Shown: piece after piece, positions 1 to 10,900 of the stretch
How positions within the stretch are numbered: position 1 is the first letter of the stretch
Layout of the letters: each line of letters starts with the position of its first letter
Source of the DNA: Antedon mediterranea
Lineage: Eukaryota > Animalia > Echinodermata
Reading direction: 5' to 3'
NCBI RefSeq assembly: GCF_964355755.1
Contig: NC_092675.1
Location: 23,160,912-23,224,911 of the forward strand
DNA: 64,000 bases
The notes under the pieces: generated by a model
Database searches by the model: none
The model's input: the letters and a program-made list of their open reading frames with translations, nothing else
What the model was told of the DNA's origin: nothing
Position numbers and translations under genes: made by a program

Positions 1-307
1 ATTAATAAAATGCAATTTTTTTATTCAAATTATTATATTGTTCCGGAAACCTCCAGACACTAAAGTTATGTTAATCTACAGACTATTAAATAATGCATTT
101 GACCAGTATAGTGTTTTTCATAAATCTCCTTAATTTATCTATGTGATTTTATTTATTCTAGTGCCTATTGATTGACGATTGGTTAGGTTATCTACGTTAC
201 AAATATTAAATCATCAGGCATTTTGAGTAAAACGGGCTGACCAGTTGTGATACATCACTAACTTCCCACCTGAAAGTAGACGTCTGCCATATTTCGACAT
301 ACATGTC

Positions 308-648
308 AGATGTATTGTCCCCCAAAACATAAAAAATGAAGATTAATTAAATCATACTTTGAATAGGCCGTTTTGTAGTTTTAACAAAGTTAATCACTTC
401 CGCAGAAAAAAAATCCCGAAAAAATAATGTTTAATGACAACATAAACAGTTAAATTCAACCAAAAACCCATTGGCTGGCAGCCAATTTGACTATTTTTTG
501 CTTTAAATTACAGTTTTTTCAGGTAAATCATCTTTTTTCCCGTTCCAATTGTTGGTCAAAGTGAATAACTATTATATGACATTAAAATGACATATTCAAA
601 AAAAAATTGTAAACAACAAAAATGTTCAGGGGGAAAATACATCTTTAA
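308..648. mobile_element. Degenerate MITE, possibly Kolobok-like (TTAA end)
   Basis: AGATGTATTGTCCCCCAAAACAT (308-330) is an imperfect inverted repeat of ATGTTCAGGGGGAAAATACATCT-TTAA (622-648); the left TTAA is missing. Confidence 0.45.
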
Positions 649-952
649 CTAAGCAGCCCATGTTTATTTTGTAACATTGTAGGTCAGTGATTTTTCGGCA
701 AGAAAGATGGAACGTTTGATCTAATACTGATGCATACCCTTGTGTTCATTTGTCCATGGTACAACAGTGCTCTGCAATTTCTATTTTTTTTACACAAAGA
801 TTTGCTCATTTTTATATTACAAATTTATATTAATCACTGGCAAGCATCAAATAATGATATGATAAACGCGGACTCATATAACCTATATCTGTATTATTTT
901 TTATTATTTATTACAACAGGTACTAAATATCTAAATATGTCTGTTTAATTAC

Positions 953-1085
953 CATTCTATGATCAAGTACACCATATTGAACAGGAGTGTGAGACTCCTG
1001 TTGGTACAGTCCTTTACTCACAACATGAATATGAGCTTGTTGTCTCATTTGAGCCGCTGACATTATACCAAAGCATACTTGGCTT
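953..1085 (-). CDS. POLR3A: RNA polymerase III largest subunit (RPC1), coding exon 2; gene continues off the left edge
   Basis: AG acceptor and GT donor, phase-compatible with exon 1. Translation (I)[44 protein letters not shown] carries the RPC1 motifs CFG..S...MRQQAHI.VVSK.LY and YGVLDHRM. Exon 3 (zinc-binding region) not found in 1..950. Confidence 0.95.
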
Positions 1086-1498
1086 CTATAATGATATAAA
1101 ATAAAAAGTATTTAATTAACTAGTAGTGTATTGTTAGCTATGATACTAGAATCTGAGGACGAAATAAAATGATAAGATACAGGCCTAGGTGTGCTACAAA
1201 TTGCATTCCTCAATACATTCAGGGATGCTGTAGGTGTGCTGTTTGTATTTTGGTGTGTAGAAGTTTACCAAATTTAAGCATGTTGTAAATCACACTCCTC
1301 AAGGGCAGTTTAGGAGTGTGTTAGGTGAGTGATCGCACTTGCTCGCCTTAAAAGACAAGGCCTGAAGATATAATTACTGTAATTAAACTAACTGGTAGTA
1401 TTACTAGTAGTAGTAGTAGCCTAGTATTAGCATATATTTGTTCACCACTGCTTCATGTACTGGGTGACAATGGTTGCCGTTCTGTGATAGTCATCTTA

Positions 1499-1868
1499 TG
1501 CACTTGTCAATTGTATGATCCACTATAAGACCCCCGGGAGAGGTGCGTCATGTACAAATAATTACTGACGCAGTGGTGTGTCAAAAAACCTAGATGGTAC
1601 GTCACATCAATGAACAAGGTGTGTCAATGTCCATCACTTTACCCCCCACCATATCATAAAAAACATGGTCACAGTGCGTCAAAATGGGTGCGTCATGGCA
1701 TAGAGATATTATAGTTCACTATAATATCTCTATGGTCATGGTCACCTAAAATTAAGTCACATTTTTGACGCACGAGTGCGTCATGGTATTCAAAGGTATG
1801 ACGCACATTGGACAAATGACGCACCGCTCCCGGGGGTCGTATAGTGGGTCATACAATTGACAAGTGCA
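1499..1868. mobile_element. MITE with ~55 bp TIRs and TA target duplication, in POLR3A intron 1
   Basis: TGCACTTGTCAATTGTATGATCCACTATAAGACCCCCGGGAGAGGTGCGTCA is mirrored by TGACGCACCGCTCCCGGGGGTCGTATAGTGGGTCATACAATTGACAAGTGCA (3 mismatches); TA on both sides; no ORF. Confidence 0.85.
1699..1734. mobile_element. 36-bp perfect hairpin micro-insertion with 7-bp flanking direct repeat
   Basis: CATAGAGATATTATAGT-TC-ACTATAATATCTCTATG flanked by GTCATGG at 1692-1698 and 1735-1741. Confidence 0.7.
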
Positions 1869-2540
1869 TAAACACAGCACATGTGTATCTAAAAAGGCAT
1901 AGATCGCCCTTGTCTCATTTGTTCATGACAATACAACAATGTATACCTAATAAAAATACATTCTATTTTTCAATCTTTTTGGAGTAGTAGCTCAGCTAGG
2001 TACATTGTCTGGCATTGTAGTATAGTGACGTGTAAACCTACATTTGATCTATTTTAGTTATTAAATTTTGTTGTATTTACTATTAGTAAGTATTACGGTA
2101 TCACAGTGAGTATAATTCTGCTCAGAAACACAGGAATAAAAACTGTATACAAATGTTTTAAAAAGTGTTGGGGCATTCTTCAGTAGAAGTTATGGTCATT
2201 TAAACATTATTTAATATAAAGGCAAAATCGGCCACAATTTTAGCCTAGACATATAGGCCTAAGCATATGTGTGTTAACATTTATAATTTGCAATTTGCAA
2301 TGTTTAGAATTAGATGTATTGTATTAGACAGGCCTATATTAAATTTAACTTTAAATTATTTATTTAAATGCAAAGAAATTAGCCTAGGCCTACACTACAG
2401 CAAGAGAACAAGACAGGAAAAAGAATTGGCCAAAGAATTCAGCTATCCATGGAGTTCAGTATCTGGCCTTCTAAAAGGCCTAGCCGGAAATTCATGATAT
2501 ACAATACAATTGACAATACTTAATAAATAGCCTGCCTGGC

Positions 2541-3599
2541 GGGTGTCACGAAACCTAAGACCACGGAAGCTAAGACCCCTAAGACCTAAGATCACGAAAG
2601 CTAAGACCCAAGACCTAAGATTACAAATATTTATCTTTCGCACCTGCCTTGTATTTTAACTCCCAACATTTATTCTGAATACCACACCTTAGAATTGGCA
2701 CTTTCATGAAAAAGAATCACATAAAAAGTAACAAATACATTTTTAAATTGATGATTTTACAGACGTTTTTCTCGCACACAAAATGACTAGCCTACAGTAC
2801 AGTAGGCCTACCCCATGTTCAATGTTTTTGTTTCTACTGTATGGAACGTCAAAAGAGCAAAAATTATATAGAGGGCTGAAAACTCTGTGGAGTCCATCTA
2901 CAGTGTGGATGGAACAATGTAAAATTAAAATTGTAATGATAATAGTATAATCATGCAAGTACGAAGAAATAAATACTGGCAAATAAATTTTAATTTAAAA
3001 ATCATGATAAGTTTTTTTGTTTCTTTTTCTTATTATTGTTGCTCTTTTGGCGCTCCATAGAAACAAAAACATTGAGCATGGGGAGCTCGAGGAGTTACAG
3101 TATACAAAGAAACACGTCTGTTAAATCATCAATTTAAAGAATTTATTTATTTGTTTTTATGTTTCTCCTTCTGAAAGTACTTATAAGTCCTAATTTTAAA
3201 GTGTGGTATTTAGGATAAAGTTAATCAACAAATTTGGAGTCAAAATACAAGAAAGGCAGGTGCGTAAGAAAAACATCCTCTGAACCAACACAATGGAGTA
3301 AATATATACCAACAAACAACCCATCAAGTTTGTTTGTTGTAAAGAAAAAATATACATTTACTCAACGGGCGAAAATAATGCGAGTTTAATCTATGTTTTG
3401 CAGTAGTATTAAATTATATTTATGGTAATATTTTAATGAAACCTACTGTGTTTAAAATTATGTATGGATAAACAAGTATTGTTTTTAAGCTGTAGTATAT
3501 CTTAGAATTTGTAATCTTAGGTCTTGAGTCTTAGCTTTCGTGATCTTAGGTCTTAAGGGGTCTTAGCTTTCGTGGTCTTAGTTAGGTTTCGTGACACCC
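2541..3599. mobile_element. Non-autonomous foldback / Mutator-like DNA transposon, in POLR3A intron 1
   Basis: ~90 bp TIRs built of CTAAGACC-type subrepeats (GGGTGTCACGAAACC...GGTTTCGTGACACCC); 10-bp TSD CCTGCCTGGC at 2531-2540 and 3600-3609; further degenerate internal inverted arms ~2635-2860 vs ~3040-3270. Confidence 0.88.
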
Positions 3600-3634
3600 C
3601 CTGCCTGGCCTACTGCTGGCTAGTTAGAGAGGCG

Positions 3635-3840
3635 AGCCTATCTAGGTCTAGGACCAGGTAGGCCTAGCTAGTAGCTAATAATTAGTAGTACTAAGTAGCT
3701 AGGCCTAGGTAGCCTAGCTAGGCTAGTACTAGGCTAGGCTAGGCCTACTATCTACTGTACTAGTCCCCTAACTAGCTAGCTAGAGGGTAGGCCGCCTGGC
3801 CGGGCCTTGCTGGGCAGCCTGGGCATACCTAGGCCTAGCC
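3635..3840. repeat. CTAG/TAGGCCTA-rich low-complexity tract next to the POLR3A exon 1 donor
   Basis: Dense run of CTAG, TAGC and AGGCCT palindromic units. Confidence 0.7.
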
Positions 3841-3848
3841 AAACTTAC

Positions 3849-3889
3849 ATTTTTTTAGCCACGTCGGTTTCTCTAAACTGTTCCTTCAT
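3849..3889 (-). CDS. POLR3A: RNA polymerase III largest subunit (RPC1), coding exon 1
   Basis: Minus strand ATG at 3889 reads MKEQFRETDVAKK-AT followed by donor GTAAGT; matches the RPC1 N-terminus as I recall it (MVKEQFRETDVAKKI). Confidence 0.95.
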
Positions 3890-4950
3890 TATTACAACAA
3901 TGCCGTAGAAAATTAAGAATTTATAAATTAAATGATATTTGCTAGGCTACCACGCAGTAGGCCTATCTAGGAGGGAGGAGGCCTAAATCAAGAATATCAA
4001 CATGGAGAAGCATGTGCGACGTGCGTATTGAATGAGCGATTGTGTAGCTATGGAACGCCATTACCGTCATTTATTTTCATAGTGGCCATCTATGCCTAAA
4101 TGTTGTCTCAGGTAAACTAATAAAACATATCAGTATCAGTATATAATAAAATAATATAAATAAATCCAAAGGCAAATAACTGAAAAAATGACAATTCTGT
4201 GCGTATCAGTGGCTGGATCTCAATGGAGATACAAAAAAAAAGCGGAAAGCTAAATCAAAACGATAAAGTAAAACAGCCAGAAAAGTTAGCAGAGCTTTCC
4301 GGCAACACTAGCCCTTCATCATTGCAAAATAATAATATATATATATTTTTTTGTACCACACAAAGATATATTATTTGAGAACATTTGCGAAAATTATGTC
4401 TAATATGTCCGTTAAAGAATTATCATTGCTGATTTCGTGATGTCATTTCTGTGTTAGGCTTCGCGCGCCTACATATTGTGAAAATTATACTCTAACGTCT
4501 GTAAAAAAATGATGTGGAAAAAATAGGTCTAACATCTTCATTAATTAACCAAAACTGTTAATTAACAACAAACGCAATAGAAAAAATAAGACAAAAAAAA
4601 AACAAAAAAACGAAAAAATTTACAAATTATTAAGATAGTTGCCCAATTTCAAAAGGATGTTTGAAGTTAACAACGATAACATCTTTCATCAATTGGAATA
4701 CGACTACACAAATATAACAGTGTGTAATGCTGTGTGTATTGCATATTTAATAATAAACTTAATAGATATGGTTGATTTAGTTACACGTTGATAAACATGC
4801 AATTCGGGAGATAGTACTATATAGTTTGTCTGATACCTCAGCGCAAAAACCACATTGTGATACAACCTTTGGCCTGTCCTGTTTCTCGATGATATCATTT
4901 CACTTTGAATTTTGAAATGTCCATCTTACGTTACTGAAGTTGTTATTGTA
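3890..4950. promoter_or_regulatory. Shared divergent promoter interval between POLR3A and the giant lectin/FN3 gene
   Basis: Start codons point away from each other at 3889(-) and 4951(+), ~1.06 kb apart; local CpG-richer patches near 4010-4070 and 4455-4470. TSSs not determinable. Confidence 0.55.
4160..4327 (-). repeat. Dispersed ~170 bp repeat (copy 1) ending in a minimal hammerhead-like motif; Penelope-like terminal remnant
   Basis: Near-identical to 49425-49598 (GTATCAGTGGCTGGATCTCAATGGAGATACA...CTAAATCAAAACGATAAAGTAAAACAGCCAGAA); minus strand reads TGCA-ATGATGA-AGGGC-TAGTGTT-GCCG-GAAAGCTC-TGC. Confidence 0.8.
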
Positions 4951-7900
4951 ATGGCGTTTAAAATAGGATTGCTTATATGGATTTTAATTACATATGGCGT
5001 ACTTATTGCTGGTAAGTTATGATTTTATATTAATTTAGGGCTACGTGCAACTAATTGTTATATCTCACTCCACCGAATATAAGAAATGTTGTTACAGTGG
5101 AGATTCATTTATTTCCGGTTGTAACTACAGTAGTATATCTATGGAATAAAACATAATACACAACAAAAAAACATTCGACAATCACAACCTAGACATATTA
5201 ACTTGCACTAATGCTGGTATTGTGGAAATACATTACAGATAATTGTTTTTATAATTAAACCATTACAACTGTCATGAATTCTGTTTTCTTTAACTATTAA
5301 TAGAGTTCCTCCAATATTAATAAAATGAGTGAAAATGTTTTACTACAAATTTAGTTGATTGATAAGAGGCGCGGCAAAGTAAGAAGAAAAGTCAATTTCT
5401 CTAAGTAACATTACTTCACCATTATCTTTATTAAAAACAAAATGTACATCATGTAGATTGTGATGAGAGTATGTTACAAATAATTACATTATAATCATAA
5501 TCATGATCACATAATTGTAATCTCATTTAGAGTGGACCTCTGATTAGGAGGCGAGTTAAATACACTTTATGTAATAATAATAAATTAATAAATGCAGCAT
5601 TCTAAATTCTAATTATTTAAATTTTAGAAACGACGGGGATGTGATTTTTGTCAGTCTTTCAGATGTCTTGATCACCCCTAGGCCTATTTGAATACCCAAT
5701 ATTGTAACATAGATTATTATAACAATTATAATAAATAATAATTATTATAATAATAACAACAACAACAACAATTCTAAATGTAAATATGTATGTTTGTATG
5801 ATGTAGTATGTTTAAGCGGATATTAGCCCTTGATGGCATTTGCAGCAATAAAGAAATTGAATTGAATTGAATTGAAATAAACTTAACAAGCAGACAAACA
5901 TGATTATGTTTTTACACGAGAAAATGCGATCGTAAAACTGTTTGTATAAAACAACCATTTTTGTGGTTATCTTGCCTTTTAGTTTTTCAAACAATTCAAT
6001 AAGTTTCCTTTGTACCTATCCTTATCGGCAATTTCCACTTTAGATAGCAAGTCCGTTTGCCCATCTGGATGGAGTGGCTATGGTTCGTATTGCTACCAAC
6101 ACATTACGTCACGTGTGTATTGGGGATCGGGTGTGAGCGGCTGTCGAGGAAAGGGCTCTGGGGTTGACATTGTATCTATACATTCATCGGGTGAAAACGT
6201 AAGTTAACTGATCAAAAGTCACACACCATACTACTCGCTAACATTTACCAGATCTATATCGTACGCGTGATCTCCATTCATTTCTATATAAAATATCTGG
6301 AGAGATCCTATATGCTTAATGATTAATTTGTTTATTTTGTGTACTTTTGTTGACATTTCTTTCTTTCATGCTTTTTTTCTTTCTTTCTTCTTTCTTTTTT
6401 TTTTGTTAATTATACATATTGTGTAGATTTTTGTTAGTCATTTTCACTGTTTTACCTTACTGCACTTTTTTATCAGACTTTTGTTGGACAGTTAATTTCT
6501 ACCGATGCATGGATTGGTATGACAGAAGATGATGACGAGGATTATTATTGGAAAGATGGAACACATGATAATGTGCAGTAAGTCACGGAATTCGTTAGCA
6601 TTTAACATTCAGAATGTTCAAATGTAAACAGTATTGTGAATTGGGTGGAAATTTGTTGAATTTAACGAATTTCAAAATACACCATGCAATCTTCGTAATA
6701 GGTCTACTTTGTCGTAATAAAAAAAGTTTCACACTGAAAATTTACTTCTGTATTAATTATTGATAATTACTATGTCTTTATAATATTTTTGTTAGTTATT
6801 GGTCTTCTGGTCAACCTAATCTAGACGGACGCTGGCACGATGCTGATTGTGTTAAGATGCAGAAATCTAACTACCGTTGGAATGATGAGGAATGTAATGA
6901 CAACGTTAAGATTGGCTATGTCTGCAAAACAGCATGTAGGTGTAGTACAGGATTTTCAGTGTTACAAATAATGTCACAAATATGGATTGCCAATTTAACA
7001 TGGTAAAACATGGTATACACAAAATATGTTTTTTTTTCTCGTGTCCCAACCTACTGTAAGTTCTTAGGTTTGATGTATGTTTTACTCTAATTATAATTTG
7101 GGCCACATTAATAATGATCATTATTGCTAAACATTGTATTTTCTAACAGATTGTAATGTTGGCAACTGCAAAGATCTATCATTTAACCTGAGCCCTCGTA
7201 GTTGCAGATGCTCATCCTGTAACAGTCAGTATTATTTGGCTTCTGGAATATCGTGTCCTGGTATGTATCATTATTTTTGTGTTATCTTCTGTAGGTATAA
7301 TTACTTCCACTCAGCTATTATACATATCACAGTCTCTATGATGTGTTCATAATGTTAGTATCATCACCATGAGAACTACTACCTTTTGAGTTTACTTCTA
7401 TACGTCTCTGTGTAATTTCACTCTTTCCTAGTACATTACACTTAAGGATCACAGATCAACCGATGTTTGTATTTTACATACATGTCTGTGGATTTGTAGA
7501 TTTATTTGTATATACAATACTATATAGCTGTAACCACTAGTTCTAGCATGGTTGCACACAATATTGAGTATGGCAGTAAATAAGTAGGCCTAGCGTCAAT
7601 ATAAAAAGTCAGTAATTGGCCAATTCAATTTAGTATTAGAGTAATCAACAACATTATTGTCTTACATAATTACAATTTCAAAATCAAATAATTTTGATTA
7701 AATACGTGTGTTTTGTTTTTACAGCCTGTACTGTAATACAAAACTGTGATCTAAGAAGTTGTACAACATCTAGTAACCAAGTATGTATGAAATGTAATGG
7801 TGACTATGGAACGGCAAAGGGGCAAGCTTACCTAAATAAGAATACTGTTTGTGAAGGTACTGTTGATATTATCAAGTTAGTTTTAATACATAGAGATATT

Positions 7901-10900
7901 GCATATGTTGCAAGATTACTATTCATGTACTCCTGTTCCATGTACATGCCCGCCCCACTCAATAATTAGAAGTCACCTTTTAAGTACCTAATTGTTTTTG
8001 AAAACCAGCCTACTATTTTATTGTATCTTGTATTAACCTATAATTTGATAGAAAATTGTTCATGGAGAAGCAGCAGCACACTTTGCTACCCAGGAACTTG
8101 TCCAGATGGAGAGAAGAGTTGTACATGTACAGCAGGCTTTTCCGGATCTGACTGTAGAACAAGTAAGATTACTCCAATAAATTATCCAACAATAGTTTCT
8201 ATGGAAAGTCAAGTTGTCTTTATTAGTTCTTCAACATAAACTACATCTATTTGTTTATAATGTCTTTAACAGTGACATCGTCTGCAACACCTACCATGGA
8301 TTACTGTCTTTCAAAGATTCATGATACATCTGGTGGAACGATAGAACTCCAATGTGTAGATAGTGGACATACATCCTACGTTCGACAGTTAACCTTAACC
8401 AATATAGAGAATGATTGGAGAAGTTCTTACACTCAACCAAACGTACAACCACGTCCACCGTATATATCTGGCTTTGCGCTTGGAATGATTAGAGGTGTAA
8501 CCGTAGCGACAATATACAATAAGGGTAGTTATAATCATCAATTTTACCTCTATTGTTAATATACATTTAAACAACACACATAAAGAATAACCTATTTTTA
8601 CGAGTAAATAATCTAAGTCATGAAAATAGAAATAAAAATTGAAGCGACTATGTAGAGGATATCATTCATTTTTATGTGTCACACTTTTACATTTTAACCT
8701 GTATAAATATGTGGAACAATGTTGCTTTTTATTCTTATTCATGTTTATACAATGTTTCAGGTAATACAAATTCTAAAGAAGTTGCCAGGATTCCATGTAG
8801 TGATTCAGCTGATAAAACTGCTCCGGAACAAAATGTCTACCATTGTGTCGGTATGGATACGTTGGATTTAACAGGATGGACACTAACTACAGGTGATAGG
8901 TAAATATTGCAGCAGACGACACTTTTTATCTTTTAAACAATTTAGCTTTTTAGTGGGAAATACATTCAATTCAACTTTTTCTGTACAACATTTTATATGT
9001 ACAACGTGTACGTTGTGTGTTTCTAATTAGGTAATTTCACATGTTTTATTTGTAGAATGACTATTGATATAGAGGTGGAAAATGGTGGATATGTAACAGT
9101 CGTTGACCGTGACACAAACGTACAATCCAATCGCTATTACAATGGCCGTATTCTCAGAAGAAACGGGAATTATATTTTTGACTTTATTGACCCAGCTCAT
9201 TGTGTAGTCACCACTTCTTGTTCTTTGCAGACATTTAACTGTGGAAAAGATGTTACAAAAGAGGTATTTCTTTTCTGAAACCATTTGATAAAACATCTGC
9301 ATTAGTAGTTAGTGAGAAGATTCTCTTTTAGTATGTATATTCTTCTAATTGACAGGGAAACATTTCAGTGAGTTGGTCAGGATGGACTGATCCGGATTCT
9401 GATATCAAAAGATATCGGTATGAGATTAGACAAATGTCAGTACAATCCAATGATAAACTAGAAGAAGTTCTTACAGGAAATCCGGTTGCAACTGGTGACA
9501 GCAATGGAGGCACTTACATCACGTTGCCTCATCCGGGTATGTATTAGGCCTATGTATTACGTCTAAATAATAATTTCATTGCGCATGTCTGTGGCTCCAC
9601 TCGATTTTGTAATCACATACAAACGTTTTCTGTTCCTTATACTTGGTTCGATAACTGACTGATTTTATTTTGTTACTCAATATAATGTTACACTGAAATA
9701 AATAAACGATATTGGTGATTGATGGAACGGCTCAAGAAGATCCGTATTTTTGCCCAAGTCTATTGAGTCTCAATTTCCTTTCAAAAATACCCTTTTATTC
9801 ATTTCTGATATACTGACGAGACTCTCTATTTTCAGGTTTGTATTCAGTTGTGCTAGAAGTTTTTGATTTGGCGGGAAATGTACAACTCGCTCGGCGGTTT
9901 ATTCTATTTGATGACAACCACAACGTAACATTTAAAAAAGACACGGTACTACAGGTGACATCAGCTTCCCCGGATACTGGATTTGAATGGCTGACTGATC
10001 TACAGTCAAATGTACTTGTAGATTGGACTAATCATTACATAAATGAATTCCATAATGTGAATAAACTGCTGAATGAAATTGGAGACTACTTTAGCTCTGA
10101 ATTACTATCAGGTAAGTATAGAAAAGAAGATTTTGTTTTAAAAAAAATTTGAGTCAACGAATACTTGCGTTAGAATTAATTAGGCAAATAGTCTGCTGTC
10201 TAGTATTAAAATTAAAATACAACTGTCATTAATTAATTGTTCTTTTCTTTTATTTCAATTCAATTTAATTCCAGAATACACAATAATATACAGGATAATA
10301 AATACAATGAAATAATCATGTAGGGAAAACGAAAGAAAAAAACTGATATAATATCAAATAACTACAGTATCAACCAGAAAGTTGACTTTAATTAGGCGTA
10401 AATTAGTGGTCAGCAAAGAAAAATATTATAATTTGATGTCAATTTAATTTTTTGTTCAGAATATGACCAATGGACAGGCACTAGAGGGAGAAATGCCATA
10501 CCAAATAAATTAGGCGTTGTAAAGTTCGAGGATACGTTCTCATTGGATCATAGTGGATGTTCAAGCTGTAATCAAGGTGCATGGAGTGATGTTGGGCTAT
10601 CTACCTCAGAGTCTTACAATATTCCTCGTATTGACGGTGATTCAATAACATTTTGGGTTAGAGGGACTGACATCATGGGGAATACATTAGTTGACTCGGT
10701 CAAGGTTCACGTTGACTCCAGTGAAGCAATCATTGACGATCTGTTCTTATCAAAAGACGGTGAAAGAAGTATTGCAGTGCATAATTCGGCAGATTTGCTT
10801 GAAATGAAGTAAGTGACAGATATATTTCTCATTCCATTGGCATCAATAACTTATTATTTTATTCCGTCAACGTTATTGCTGCAGACATAACTAAATATTT

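Noticed and set aside
980-1002. Hairpin AACAGGAGT-GTGAG-ACTCCTGTT
   Set aside because: Lies inside POLR3A coding exon 2; chance palindrome.
1154-1170. CTGAGGACGAAA as a hammerhead core
   Set aside because: No stem II between the core halves and no NUH triplet or stem I pairing.
2541-2625. Short CTAAGACC repeats as a CRISPR-like array
   Set aside because: Eukaryotic context, no unique spacers; they are subrepeats of a transposon TIR.
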